The notes: generated by a model from the letters alone, not told the origin. A stretch of 64,000 nt of DNA from an uncultured virus (IMG/VR IMGVR_UViG_3300006735_000024) (IMGVR_UViG_3300006735_000024), one strand, 5' to 3'; positions 1 through 9,852 are shown, numbered from the stretch's first letter. Translations and numbers: made by a program.

Positions 1-285
1 AGACAATGAAACTGTACTAGCGAAATTACGAATTTTCGTTCTGAGGGTATCGATGTTACCGTCTTCAGAACAGTTAATAATAATGTTGTCGGTGTCCAAC
101 TCATTACAAAGGGCTTTTGCAATAGTTGTTTTACCGCAACCCGCACTCCCCGACAAGAGAAGATTTTGTGATTCTCCAGAATCTACCATACTATGAAAGG
201 TAGACTTGATAGATTCTGGTAGAATACACTCGTCGATTGTCTTTGGGCGATACTTTTCAACCCAAAGATATTCTGATTTGGACAT
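1..285 (-). CDS. gp44: Clamp loader large subunit (T4 gp44-like), 5' part; runs off the window
   Basis: Manual translation gives MSKSEYLWVEKYRPKTIDECILP...NLLLSGSAGCGKTT (RFC box and Walker A); lies directly downstream of gp45. Confidence 0.93.
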   Translation of the reverse strand, partial: MSKSEYLWVEKYRPKTIDECILPESIKSTFHSMVDSGESQNLLLSGSAGCGKTTIAKALCNELDTDNIIINCSEDGNIDTLRTKIRNFASTVSLS

Positions 286-289
286 CTAA

Positions 290-982
290 TCACTCTCCAT
301 ACTTAGAATCGGATTCAAGAGCAATCCAATAAGTCAACTCATCGTTTACTTTCTTAAACTGACTAATCACCTTATCGGTAATCTTAACGTCATAATCTCC
401 AGGCAGCATCTTTAGATTTTCTGCTTTGAAGTAGAATGTAAAATCAGAATCGGTTGGAACTTGACCGAGTTCAATGGAATAATTGTTAGAGGTTGCATCT
501 GCTTTATCTAGTGCAACAATCTCAAGTGATTCACCATTAGATCGAATCGCAATGTCATTGACTTGCAATACAGAAGATGCCTTAAGAATATCATTCAGGA
601 TATCCTGTGTGATTGTGCAATCAATCACAGACTCTGGCATGTTAATTTCCTTGTTTACGGTTGTGAGAAGACGGGGTTCAGAATAATGATATGTTACTTC
701 TGACTTCTTCTTCTCATCTCGAATCACAACGAACTTTTCGTGAAATTCAAACTCAGGATTGGTAAACAAAGAAACAGTACCAAGAAACTTACTCAAGTCC
801 CAGATACCAAATTCTGTGTCAAAATCTTCTTCGACAGTTGCCTCCGACATGACATTCTTAACTGGTGAAATTGTAACTAGTTTGTTACCAGGCTTCACTA
901 GAATGTTTGAGTTGATTGTCGAAAAATTCTTGAGTACATCAAGAGTTCTCTGCGAAAGAGAAATAGCGGTTTGTGTTGTCAT
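290..982 (-). CDS. gp45: Sliding clamp (T4 gp45-like)
   Basis: LKNFSTINSNIL, FGIWDLSKFL, ENLKMLPGDYDV, YWIALE. Start moved to ATG 982 because it has a GGAG SD and the upstream promoter overlaps the longer ORF start. Confidence 0.93.
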   Translation of the reverse strand: MTTQTAISLSQRTLDVLKNFSTINSNILVKPGNKLVTISPVKNVMSEATVEEDFDTEFGIWDLSKFLGTVSLFTNPEFEFHEKFVVIRDEKKKSEVTYHYSEPRLLTTVNKEINMPESVIDCTITQDILNDILKASSVLQVNDIAIRSNGESLEIVALDKADATSNNYSIELGQVPTDSDFTFYFKAENLKMLPGDYDVKITDKVISQFKKVNDELTYWIALESDSKYGE

Positions 983-1013
983 AATATAATCTCCATAACT
1001 AGACAGTGTATTC

Positions 1014-1042
1014 ATTATACACCATGTTCAAATCAATTGCAA
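1014..1042 (-). promoter_or_regulatory. Sigma70-like early promoter for gp45/gp44
   Basis: Minus strand TTGCAA-17 bp-TATAAT upstream of gp45. Confidence 0.6.
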
Positions 1043-1047
1043 GTGTT

Positions 1048-1242
1048 TTACCAACCTGCTTCCATATAATCTTGATAATCTTCAGAATCAATATCACCGC
1101 GAACCACATCCTTTAGATATTTCTTTTCATTTCGCCTTTGATTTTTCCGATGTTGTTTTCTATTACCATTACGGCTGATGTCTTGGTAATCTTCGTTCTC
1201 GTTGTAATTCTTATTGTTACCTTTATTTTTTTTGCGGGCCAC
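1048..1242 (-). CDS. Small hypothetical protein (basic N-terminus, acidic C-terminus)
   Basis: 64-aa ORF filling the gap between rnh and gp45, same strand as neighbours. Confidence 0.6.
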   Translation of the reverse strand: MARKKNKGNNKNYNENEDYQDISRNGNRKQHRKNQRRNEKKYLKDVVRGDIDSEDYQDYMEAGW

Positions 1243-1245
1243 TTT

Positions 1246-2091
1246 CTAAAACTCCTCTATATTGACCATTAAGTTTTTTAGTTTCTTATCTATGAAGTAA
1301 TTTAAAATATTACTTCTATTTCCAATAGGTTCTTTTTCAAACTCTTCTAATACCAGTTCTCTAATACTATCAGGAATCATATTGAAATCAATCAATTTTT
1401 GATTTCGTTCCCAGTTATCTGTACAAGTCCATTCGGTAAGGTTTTCTTTCATTTCAGAAATTCTTTTGTCTCCGCATGGTTTCTGTCTCTTATCTGGATC
1501 TACAAACACATCATCTTCTGAAAGAATGTTTGGAATTCCGTCCGAAGAATCTCCCTTTAGAATATGATATGTCAAGAATTCTTCTGGATTTTCGCACTTT
1601 AGAAATTGCTTCTTTGTTGGACTGTATTGCGAAACATTAGGATATCTTTGAAGTTGTTGAAAATCTTTGTCGTTTGAAACAATTACGATATTTTCATCTG
1701 AATGGTACTTCTCGCACAAAATTGCAATAATATCATCCGCTTCTACTGTTCGGATCTTAAGATTTTTGTATGGGAAATTTTCAACCACTTCTTGGTGAAT
1801 CATATTCATCACCTCATGGATTCTGTCCCAATCCACATCAGAAGCCTTTTGATTTTTGCTTCTGCTTGCTTTGTATTGTGGGAAGATATCCTTTCTCCAA
1901 TATCTACCTCCATCATGGCAAATAACAAGTTCACCGTACTTATCTTGAAATTTTGATCTGTACATTCTATATGTGTTCAGCATAAGAGTCCGTACCATAT
2001 CTTCATTGATATTTGGATCATACTTTATTGATTGAAATAAATTTGCTATAACTAATTGATTGTTGTCTAGTAGAATCACAGTTCTATCCAT
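1246..2091 (-). CDS. rnh: T4 RNase H / 5'-3' flap exonuclease
   Basis: YWRKDIFPQYKASR, EADDIIA, SNDKDFQQLQ, ILKGDSSDGIPNILS motifs. Confidence 0.93.
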   Translation of the reverse strand: MDRTVILLDNNQLVIANLFQSIKYDPNINEDMVRTLMLNTYRMYRSKFQDKYGELVICHDGGRYWRKDIFPQYKASRSKNQKASDVDWDRIHEVMNMIHQEVVENFPYKNLKIRTVEADDIIAILCEKYHSDENIVIVSNDKDFQQLQRYPNVSQYSPTKKQFLKCENPEEFLTYHILKGDSSDGIPNILSEDDVFVDPDKRQKPCGDKRISEMKENLTEWTCTDNWERNQKLIDFNMIPDSIRELVLEEFEKEPIGNRSNILNYFIDKKLKNLMVNIEEF

Positions 2092-2396
2092 TGTTTAGTA
2101 TCTTTATCTTCTATGTAAATGAACAATTTACCATTGGAAGAATCAAACCAATGATCACCATCATAGGCAACCTCTGGTTCATTATCACTATTTGTAAAAT
2201 TCATAGATCGAGTTGAAGTTAGTTTTCTCCAACCCGACCTAGACTCTGGATGCAGTGGAGAATAACCCGAAGTTCTTCGAGTTGCGATATACTGTGCGCC
2301 CTGAAACTCCACTGCATCACCTTCTTCATAAACTCTTTCCGTTCCAGAAGAGTTTCTGATTTCAAATTCCCCGACAAATCTCGTTATATCGGTCAT
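2076..2396 (-). CDS. Hypothetical protein with CBM5/12-like and tail-fibre-like motifs
   Basis: YEEGDAVEFQGAQYIA...W and GDHWFDSSNGKLFIY...QWIEL. Confidence 0.55.
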   Translation of the reverse strand: MTDITRFVGEFEIRNSSGTERVYEEGDAVEFQGAQYIATRRTSGYSPLHPESRSGWRKLTSTRSMNFTNSDNEPEVAYDGDHWFDSSNGKLFIYIEDKDTKQWIEL

Positions 2397-2830
2397 TTGG
2401 TTTTCATCTTTTCAAACACATCTTGAGTAGAACCAACTTTGGTTTTCTTCTTACGAGTAACCTTCTTGGTTGTCTTTTTCTTTGGTTTAATGATTGCATC
2501 TTTGAACATTTTAATCTTCAAGTCTGCCCATTGACGCATATAATCTCTGTCTTCTTGATTTCGATTGGACTGGTGAAAAAATAATTCTTCTACGATAAAC
2601 TCGTACTTTGATTCTTTGTTCCAGTAAATCTGAACACGAAGGTCTTTGCCCCTTTCAAAACAAGGGTAATCATTCTTCGGTGCAAGTTTATAAACTCGAA
2701 TCGAAATGTTTGGTGAAATCAAACTTAATGCTTGTTTCAGATACTTCTCATAAGAAAGGTTTGACTTATCAGAAAGTCCTGAGACATTCTCTTTTTTGAT
2801 TTTCTTTTTCCTAGCCACAATTACCTCCAA
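2393..2830 (-). CDS. Hypothetical lysine-rich protein
   Basis: ORF in operon with overlapping stop/start; exact start uncertain (GTG after GGAGG at about 2818 is plausible). Confidence 0.6.
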   Translation of the reverse strand: MEVIVARKKKIKKENVSGLSDKSNLSYEKYLKQALSLISPNISIRVYKLAPKNDYPCFERGKDLRVQIYWNKESKYEFIVEELFFHQSNRNQEDRDYMRQWADLKIKMFKDAIIKPKKKTTKKVTRKKKTKVGSTQDVFEKMKTK

Positions 2831-2838
2831 TTGACAAT

Positions 2839-4278
2839 TTATGTAGCAATGAACAATTCTTCATTAATATTATTAGCGACACCCACAAGATACGAAAACG
2901 CTTCATATGGATCAACATTCGCGGAAGGTCTTCTGTCTTCTAGATATCCCTTACCATCATTCCTGACTGTGTAGAGAGGAATGCGAATGGATGCAGTTCT
3001 ATCCAAAGAACCCCAAGTAAACTTATGTAGTGATGAAGTTTCATGTTCACCTGTAAGTCGTTTTTCGTTATCCGTACCATATGCTTCGATTGCTTTATCG
3101 TGATACTTCGCCATACCAGAGCAGATTAGATTCATATAATCCATATCTCCGTTTGTTCTCATATGCTTCGTGGAGAAGTTGATATGAGCGCCAGAACCGT
3201 TCCAATCACCTTCTACTGGTTTTGGACTGTATGAGATTTGAATACCCATTCTCTCTGAAAGTCTTTGTAGGAAATATCTAGAGATAATTAGATTATCGGC
3301 AGACTCAATTGCAGGACTTGGTTCTGTCTGATACTCCCACTGAGATAGCATCACTTCTGCATTTGTTCCCGAAATACGAATTCCTGCATTGTTGCAAACC
3401 ATGGCATGAGATTCGATCAAATCTCGTCCAACAGCAACACTCGATCCTACTCCGCAATAATACTCACCTTGTGGTGGAGGAGTTTCGCTTGCGTATTCAG
3501 ACCATCCAATAGGTTTATTCTTTACAGGGTCCATCAATGTAATTTCTTGCTCAACGGCAAACCACATATCATCTAGTTTAGTCTCTTTGATTCTATCTAC
3601 TAGTTTTGCTCTTGTATTTGTTTCATGTGGTGTATCATCTGGATTTAGAACTTCGCATAGAACAACAAAGGACTGAGTTCTACCAGATTCTAGCGGGTTT
3701 GGTACAATCTTTACGGGTTTGAGAACACAATCGCTCTCGCCTGTTTCCGCTTGATTTGTGCTTGAACCGTCATATGACCATTCTGGAACTGAATTTACAA
3801 AATCCTTTGGTGACTTGATCTTACTCCTATCCCAAATCATATACTTAGTTTTACTTCTAATATTCTTTGGAGTGTGTCCATCAGTCCAAATATATTCAAA
3901 CTTAGTAAGTTTTGGACCCATTTGCTGTTGTTGACCTGGGTTTTGCTGTGGTTGCTGTGGACGAGGAGGGGGTGCAGGAATCTCTTCTCCCTTTGCCCAG
4001 TTCTCTAGAACATCCTGTCTAAAACCACAAACCATATTACCACTCTTACCGTCAATAAAGAGAGGAGTTCCGCACTGTGCGCCATGCTTTGCCTTTACCT
4101 CATTTGCTCTCTTTGCGTCTTTTGGATCAGTTAGGTCAAGAGTCGTAATCTTGTGTCCCTTCTTTACCATTTCTTCTACAACCGGATCTGCTTTCTTACA
4201 CCAACCACAATTTGGATTAGTGATGTATAGAAGTTCACTACACTTACAATCTTTATTCTTTCCACATTTACATGCCAT
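2839..4278 (-). CDS. glnII: Glutamine synthetase type II fused to an N-terminal thioredoxin/glutaredoxin-like domain
   Basis: GSII motifs EYIWTDG, RSKT, WSYDGSSTNQA, EQE, YYCGVG, GTNAEVMLSQWEYQ, DWNGSGAHINFST, RLTGEHET, RTASIRIP, GYLEDRRPSANVDPY. N-terminal CGWC and GTP (cis-Pro-like loop) followed by a Pro/Gln linker. Confidence 0.92.
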   Translation of the reverse strand: MACKCGKNKDCKCSELLYITNPNCGWCKKADPVVEEMVKKGHKITTLDLTDPKDAKRANEVKAKHGAQCGTPLFIDGKSGNMVCGFRQDVLENWAKGEEIPAPPPRPQQPQQNPGQQQQMGPKLTKFEYIWTDGHTPKNIRSKTKYMIWDRSKIKSPKDFVNSVPEWSYDGSSTNQAETGESDCVLKPVKIVPNPLESGRTQSFVVLCEVLNPDDTPHETNTRAKLVDRIKETKLDDMWFAVEQEITLMDPVKNKPIGWSEYASETPPPQGEYYCGVGSSVAVGRDLIESHAMVCNNAGIRISGTNAEVMLSQWEYQTEPSPAIESADNLIISRYFLQRLSERMGIQISYSPKPVEGDWNGSGAHINFSTKHMRTNGDMDYMNLICSGMAKYHDKAIEAYGTDNEKRLTGEHETSSLHKFTWGSLDRTASIRIPLYTVRNDGKGYLEDRRPSANVDPYEAFSYLVGVANNINEELFIAT

Positions 4279-4291
4279 ATTTTTTATTCCT

Positions 4292-5881
4292 TTATGGTTT
4301 TCTAAAGACGAACACTGGTTCGTATTTTAAATATTTTCCGCTGATTTGACAGAAATTCTTACATTTAGGCTTTCCGTCTTCACCTACTCTATTTTGTCCC
4401 GGCATTCCTTCCAGTGCCATCTTCATTGTGTATTCATATATCATACCACATGATTCGAGGATGTCAATACTGTCCTGTTCGATTGGAAGATATTTCCCAC
4501 TCACAAGAACATCTGCCACATTCCACAATAAATATCGGTCGTTTCTTAACCACTCAACACATGTCTCTAATGTTGGTCGGAGGAATCCGTCCCGCCATGA
4601 CGCATACGACGATCCATACTTTTTGTAAGATTGGTTCTCGTCCTCCGAATATGCCTCTCTGTTGAAGTAAGGTGGTGAAGTAAAAATGAGGTCTGTGCAT
4701 CCTCGATACTGTTGGAAATCTGGGTGTTTGCCAATTTCTTCCGATCCTTCCATGAATTGATGGAAAGTATTTGTTTCGGAAAAGAATGGATTTCCACGAT
4801 AAGTTTTGGTATTGTAAAAATCAGCGAGAGACTCATACTTACTGCCAGAACCATCGTGGTAATGATTATCAGGATTAGGGTCAGTCCCAACATAGTGAAT
4901 CCGGCGATCATCCCGAACACCCATAGCACCAAGTATGCGACCACCCCACCCGCTAGACGGATCGTAGATGACAATTCTTTCTTGTTCTTTGATATTTTCT
5001 GTGAATCGTTCATAAAGATACTTCGCCGTCATTGGAGGGAAATTCACTGCGGGTTGAATATACCCAATTCTAAATGATTTAAATCCCGCAGGAAAAACTT
5101 TTCTTCCTTGCTTATATATGCGAATAGCATACACCTTATCATCTGGCATGTCATTGATATCAAAAGTAGAGTGGTGTCGATATGACATCTTGTCTCTCCA
5201 CTTCTCTACCTGTTCCTTCGTGAGTTGTAGAACATCATCCTGCTCTAACTGAAAGTAACCAGAGTTTGCACCCTCTCGAATCTTAATTTGTTCGAGTAGA
5301 AAGTCATGTCCTTTGAAGATTGCTTGGTTGTTAAAGAATGTTTCCATCCATTCGTCACCGCTATCAACCGATACGACTGCATACTTCTTGCTTCTCTTAA
5401 TAGCAGAGAGTGCGTGTGTATAAAAAGAATCACGACGAAGGTGACGCATTGCACCCTTCACAACTTGATCAAGGCGATTATCATCTGCAACCAAATCATA
5501 GATGGAATATCCGTTGTCTTTTTCAGTGTAGTTGATTCTCGTCATAAACATATTTGAGAACCACTGGTCTACTTCAACTGCCATACGAGACTTGTTAATA
5601 ATTACATCGTCATCCATGTCGGACAATTCATCGGTATGTGTAAACTGATGAACGGGATACTCTGCAATCTTGTTGAATGCGTCGATGATGTCCTGTTCGT
5701 CCTTACCCGTGCGTGGAGGACAACCATAGGTGTCCCATGCATCCTTCACTACCTTACGCATTTCAATCACCCACTCACGAAACTCGTCGGGTGTCATCTC
5801 AAGTAAGTCTTCAAAGTTACAATTCACATGTGAGTTTATCACATGCTCGTTACGCTCATAATAAGGTTTTGTTTTTATCAT
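4292..5881 (-). CDS. SAM-dependent amino (N4-C/N6-A) DNA methyltransferase
   Basis: Motif I-like YDPSSGWGGR, YVGTDPN, motif IV FTSPPY, C-terminal YEPVFVFRKP. Confidence 0.82.
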   Translation of the reverse strand: MIKTKPYYERNEHVINSHVNCNFEDLLEMTPDEFREWVIEMRKVVKDAWDTYGCPPRTGKDEQDIIDAFNKIAEYPVHQFTHTDELSDMDDDVIINKSRMAVEVDQWFSNMFMTRINYTEKDNGYSIYDLVADDNRLDQVVKGAMRHLRRDSFYTHALSAIKRSKKYAVVSVDSGDEWMETFFNNQAIFKGHDFLLEQIKIREGANSGYFQLEQDDVLQLTKEQVEKWRDKMSYRHHSTFDINDMPDDKVYAIRIYKQGRKVFPAGFKSFRIGYIQPAVNFPPMTAKYLYERFTENIKEQERIVIYDPSSGWGGRILGAMGVRDDRRIHYVGTDPNPDNHYHDGSGSKYESLADFYNTKTYRGNPFFSETNTFHQFMEGSEEIGKHPDFQQYRGCTDLIFTSPPYFNREAYSEDENQSYKKYGSSYASWRDGFLRPTLETCVEWLRNDRYLLWNVADVLVSGKYLPIEQDSIDILESCGMIYEYTMKMALEGMPGQNRVGEDGKPKCKNFCQISGKYLKYEPVFVFRKP

Positions 5882-7590
5882 TTTATTCTACTGAAGTTAT
5901 TCTTCTTTTCAAAGACGATATGATTCTGGAATTTGTCCGTCATCGTATCAGACTTATGACTTATTACAAATATATTAGCACGGCTTCCGAAGGATGTCAA
6001 GAGTTTTAAGAACTCTTCTGTACCAACGGCGTCAAGACTTGAATCAAATACTTCATCAAGAATCAACAGGTTACAGTTTACACTATTCTTTAGTCGTGCA
6101 ATCTCACGCCATGCGAGAAGCAAAGATAGGTCGATACGCAATCGTTCACCTTCACTGAAACTGTGGTAAGAAAACTCATCACGATGGCGACTCTTGATTG
6201 TCTCGTTGAAGTTTTCGTCAAGATTAAACTGACAGAAGAAATCCATGTCGGAAAGATACTTGTTGATTAACTTGTTCATAATTGGCAAGTAATGCTTAAT
6301 AATCTTTGCCTTGATTCCACTGTCCTTCAGAAGAGTAGAAGCAATAGCAAGATAATGTTTGTCTTCGACAAGTTCTTTTCTTCTCTCGACATGGTTCTTT
6401 CCTTCACCAATCAACTGATTGAGTTCGTCTTTTGTTTCTTGGACTTCTGTACCCTCAGTCAAAACAGAATCAATGTTCCTCTGCATCTTGTCAATGTATT
6501 GATTTGAAGCACTGATTTCATTCTGTTTTGTATAAATTTGTTTTTCGATATTCTGTACAGTGTTTAGAATGGTATTTATCTCTCCCATTCTTTTTTCTGT
6601 ATCTTTTATATTTTTAAGAAGTTCATTTAGTTCATTCTCAATACACTCTTGTTCTTTACTATTCTCTGCAAAGACACTTTCTTTGTGATGTTCCTGTATG
6701 TCCTGCTTACATGAAGGGCATGTATCATTCTCCTGATAAAACTTAACATTCTTCTGAATGGTTTTTATCTTATTCTTGAGTTGAGTTTCATTTGATTCTA
6801 GTTTGATCAGAGATTTTGGAATCGTATCTTTGTCTTTTATTTGGGACAACATATTCTCTACACTCTTTTGTTGGTTTTCGATTTCTTCCTGAAGTTCTTC
6901 GATCTGCTTTTGAGATTCATCTATCTCTTGCTGATACTTGTCCACAGAATCATTCGACTTCTTTTCAAGAGCGTTGATTAGTTTTTGCTTTTCGTCTACT
7001 TTACTCTTTGCAATCTCAATCTTTGTATCAATATCCTTAACATATTCTTTTGTCATCTGAAGTCTTGCACGAACAAGAGTGTTCATAACAGAGAACACAT
7101 CAATGTCGAGAAGATTTTCCACAACCAATCTTCTGTCTGCGGCACTTAGTTGCATGAAAGGAACATAATTTGAAGAACCAAGAATCACAACCTGACAGAA
7201 TGACTTATATGTCATCTTCAGAATTTGTTCTTCAAGAATCTTCTGGTAGTCTTTTGCCTTTGCATCCTGATCTAACATTTCCTTGTTCTTGTATATTTCA
7301 AACTTCTTTGGTTTCAAACTACGAAATACACGATACTCATCACTACCAATTGTGAAAGTAATCTCTACCTCACAATCTTTATCATTGATTGAATTTGGTA
7401 ATTGAGGAATGTTGATACCACGAAATGATTTTCCAAACAAAGCAAATGTAAGTGCGTCAAGCATCGTTGACTTACCCGCACCATTTTCACCAGAGATGAG
7501 TGTATTGTCATGTCGAGTAAAATCAACGGTAGTCTTATAGTTACCTGTTGAAAGAAAGTTCTTCCAACTTAATGTTCGGAATAATATCAA
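5878..7590 (-). CDS. gp46: Recombination endonuclease ATPase subunit (gp46, Rad50/SbcC-like)
   Basis: WKNFLSTGN, GENGAGKST, CPSC zinc hook, FSEGE signature, LILDE. TTG start at 7590 with AGGAGG SD overlaps the upstream stop. Confidence 0.95.
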   Translation of the reverse strand: MILFRTLSWKNFLSTGNYKTTVDFTRHDNTLISGENGAGKSTMLDALTFALFGKSFRGINIPQLPNSINDKDCEVEITFTIGSDEYRVFRSLKPKKFEIYKNKEMLDQDAKAKDYQKILEEQILKMTYKSFCQVVILGSSNYVPFMQLSAADRRLVVENLLDIDVFSVMNTLVRARLQMTKEYVKDIDTKIEIAKSKVDEKQKLINALEKKSNDSVDKYQQEIDESQKQIEELQEEIENQQKSVENMLSQIKDKDTIPKSLIKLESNETQLKNKIKTIQKNVKFYQENDTCPSCKQDIQEHHKESVFAENSKEQECIENELNELLKNIKDTEKRMGEINTILNTVQNIEKQIYTKQNEISASNQYIDKMQRNIDSVLTEGTEVQETKDELNQLIGEGKNHVERRKELVEDKHYLAIASTLLKDSGIKAKIIKHYLPIMNKLINKYLSDMDFFCQFNLDENFNETIKSRHRDEFSYHSFSEGERLRIDLSLLLAWREIARLKNSVNCNLLILDEVFDSSLDAVGTEEFLKLLTSFGSRANIFVISHKSDTMTDKFQNHIVFEKKNNFSRIK

Positions 7591-8138
7591 ACTAAAGCCT
7601 CCTTGTACCAACTAGGAGTTTCTGAATAATTCCATTCTGCAAACCCAGTCTTCTCTCCAAGATAGTATGCACGGTATGCTTCTACTGCATCTGGATTCTT
7701 GTACTCATCAGGCATTGCTTGTGCGAATGGTGTGATAGAATCTGCGATTGGAATGTTTTTAGGTTTACGAAAACGAATGAGAGAAATCATATCTTCGCTT
7801 TTATGTACCTTCTTGTATCGTCGAGTATATTCCTTACATAGTTCGTATGCGTGTTCCACTAACCAGTAATAATTTTTGTTGTTCTCCATTACCCACTGTG
7901 TACAGGGATGTCCAACAAACGATGCTTTGTATAGCATTTCTTCCATCAAATTGTGTGGGGACTTCCATCTCTTGATTCGACGACCATTCTTTGAATAATC
8001 TGTCCATTCTGTTCCGTCAAGAACACGATGGGCAGTGGACAGCATTTGTGCCGACTCTACAATCATTTTTACAACATGCTTGTCACACATATCCCGTGCG
8101 GCGGTTTGTGGGTTATTATCCAATACAAAAATATTCAC
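7587..8138 (-). CDS. Pyrimidine-dimer DNA glycosylase / endonuclease V-like protein
   Basis: MNIFVLD...CDKHVVKMIVESAQMLSTAH, HPCTQW, EYTRRY, FAQAMPDEYK, AYRAYY. Confidence 0.8.
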   Translation of the reverse strand: MNIFVLDNNPQTAARDMCDKHVVKMIVESAQMLSTAHRVLDGTEWTDYSKNGRRIKRWKSPHNLMEEMLYKASFVGHPCTQWVMENNKNYYWLVEHAYELCKEYTRRYKKVHKSEDMISLIRFRKPKNIPIADSITPFAQAMPDEYKNPDAVEAYRAYYLGEKTGFAEWNYSETPSWYKEALV

Positions 8139-9181
8139 AGCGACAAACTCTCCATATAAAGGTCTTTGATAAGTTTTTTCATTCGAGTTTTATCTTCAAC
8201 TTCATCAATAGAATCAATTTCATTATTTATCAGTGTAACAGTATCTTGAGCCAAGTCAACTATTTCTTCCTTAGTCCACTCAGAATCTATGATATCTTCT
8301 ACAATTGTAATCTTTGCAACCCCGTTATCATACAACTTATCCATAAATCGGTCAAATGTGTATGGGTTTTTCTTTGACTCTACAAATATCTTAATATATG
8401 TGTCTTTTAAATTTGTGCAATCAACTGCATCAACATCAAAATTATCGTCATTGTCGTTATACCTTAGAGTATGAAACATCTTATATGGATTCTCAACAAA
8501 ATCAATTTCTCTTGTTTCTGTATCGAGAACATGAAAACCTTTTGTTTCATTTAAATCTGCAAAGGTAATTTGGTATTGTGTCCCCATGTAATGGACATTT
8601 CCACTTTCCTGTCTGCAATGAAAATGTCCCGACAATACCTTCTCATATCGATCAAATATATTGGCGTCCATACCACCATCAAACTTTATACCACGCATCA
8701 CATCATAACCACGAAGTTCAAGATGTCCAATCAAAATTGGTGCAGAGGCATTCTTAATAAAATCAACAGACTCCTGTTCATTCTCTTTGTTTATCCAAGG
8801 AAGTAAAGCAATATCCAAACCATCAAAATTTACAACCTCTGGTTTCTCATATAAATTCAAATCATTGCTGAATAATTCACGAATTGAATTTATCATATTT
8901 GTATTTCTATAATAAACATCATGATTTCCAAGAATACAATGTAATTCTATGTCTTGATCATTTATTCTGTCCATGAACTTCGTTCGTACTTGGTTCAATA
9001 TATTAAAGTTTACAAACTTTCGTCTATCCATCAAATCACCCGCATGAATGATTGTTTTGATGTTATTTTTCTCCAAGTAAGGAAAGAACACATCATCAAA
9101 AAACTTCATGAAGTAATCAAAAAATAATTGAGAGTCGCCTCTCGCACCAAAGTGCGTATCATTTATTATTGCTATTTTCAC
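8135..9181 (-). CDS. gp47: Recombination endonuclease nuclease subunit (gp47, Mre11/SbcD-like)
   Basis: DTHFG, GDLMDRRK, GNHD, GHLE, SGHFH metallophosphoesterase motifs. Confidence 0.95.
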   Translation of the reverse strand: MKIAIINDTHFGARGDSQLFFDYFMKFFDDVFFPYLEKNNIKTIIHAGDLMDRRKFVNFNILNQVRTKFMDRINDQDIELHCILGNHDVYYRNTNMINSIRELFSNDLNLYEKPEVVNFDGLDIALLPWINKENEQESVDFIKNASAPILIGHLELRGYDVMRGIKFDGGMDANIFDRYEKVLSGHFHCRQESGNVHYMGTQYQITFADLNETKGFHVLDTETREIDFVENPYKMFHTLRYNDNDDNFDVDAVDCTNLKDTYIKIFVESKKNPYTFDRFMDKLYDNGVAKITIVEDIIDSEWTKEEIVDLAQDTVTLINNEIDSIDEVEDKTRMKKLIKDLYMESLSL

Positions 9182-9751
9182 TTACATGTCCTCTAGCGAA
9201 GAATCTTTAGTTTTTCTCTTCTTCTTCTTTTTCTTTGGAGTAAACTTTTCTATGTCTTGATCATTTAATTGAAAATGTTTGTGTAACATTTCTTTCGATG
9301 ACAACTCATTTGGAACCGAAGATGATGTATCTTCAAAATGATTTTTAGTATACCAATTTTTGATTGTTCCATCATCTAACTGTTCCATTGCTTTATACTT
9401 TACATAATTTTGCTTCTTTTCCTTTTCAATTCTTCTTAAAAAGGCATAGTATATGATTTGAGTAAAGTATGAAAATGGGTTCTTTGATTTTTCAGGATCA
9501 AAATTATGTGCATACATTAGGCAGTTTTCAATACCATCTCCTACCATCTCATCCTTATAAGGATAGTTGATAAAGTTAGGTCGAAAAGAAAGATGCTCCG
9601 CAATATCCAAGAAACACTTACCGATGTATTCAGTCACTGGAGGACGGGGTTCATCGCTTTCTTCTGCTTCAATTACTAATTGTTTCCACTCAATCATTGC
9701 TTGGTAGAATTCTTTATTATCAATATAGTGATTCGCTGGTTTTTTGCTCAT
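9182..9751 (-). CDS. gp55: Late-transcription sigma factor
   Basis: HYIDNKEF, RPNFINYPYKDEMVGDGIENC, NPFSYFTQIIYYAFLRRIEKEKKQ. Confidence 0.95.
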   Translation of the reverse strand: MSKKPANHYIDNKEFYQAMIEWKQLVIEAEESDEPRPPVTEYIGKCFLDIAEHLSFRPNFINYPYKDEMVGDGIENCLMYAHNFDPEKSKNPFSYFTQIIYYAFLRRIEKEKKQNYVKYKAMEQLDDGTIKNWYTKNHFEDTSSSVPNELSSKEMLHKHFQLNDQDIEKFTPKKKKKKRKTKDSSLEDM

Positions 9752-9823
9752 ATTATAAACCCTTTGTTTTACCCATTATAATACATTAAAGAAAAATATA
9801 AAGATAAAAATCTAAAATTTGCG

Positions 9824-9852
9824 TTGACAGTTTTGTTTTTCTGTATTACAAT
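9824..9852 (+). promoter_or_regulatory. Near-consensus sigma70 promoter oriented antisense to the surrounding genes
   Basis: TTGACA (9824-9829), 17-bp spacer, TACAAT (9847-9852), with an A/T-rich upstream tract. Confidence 0.6.

Noticed and set aside
2839..5881. GS acting with the adjacent MTase as a DNA hypermodification (glutamylation) system
   Set aside because: The GS domain retains canonical GSII ammonium-site motifs and no other hypermodification enzymes are visible; adjacency alone is insufficient
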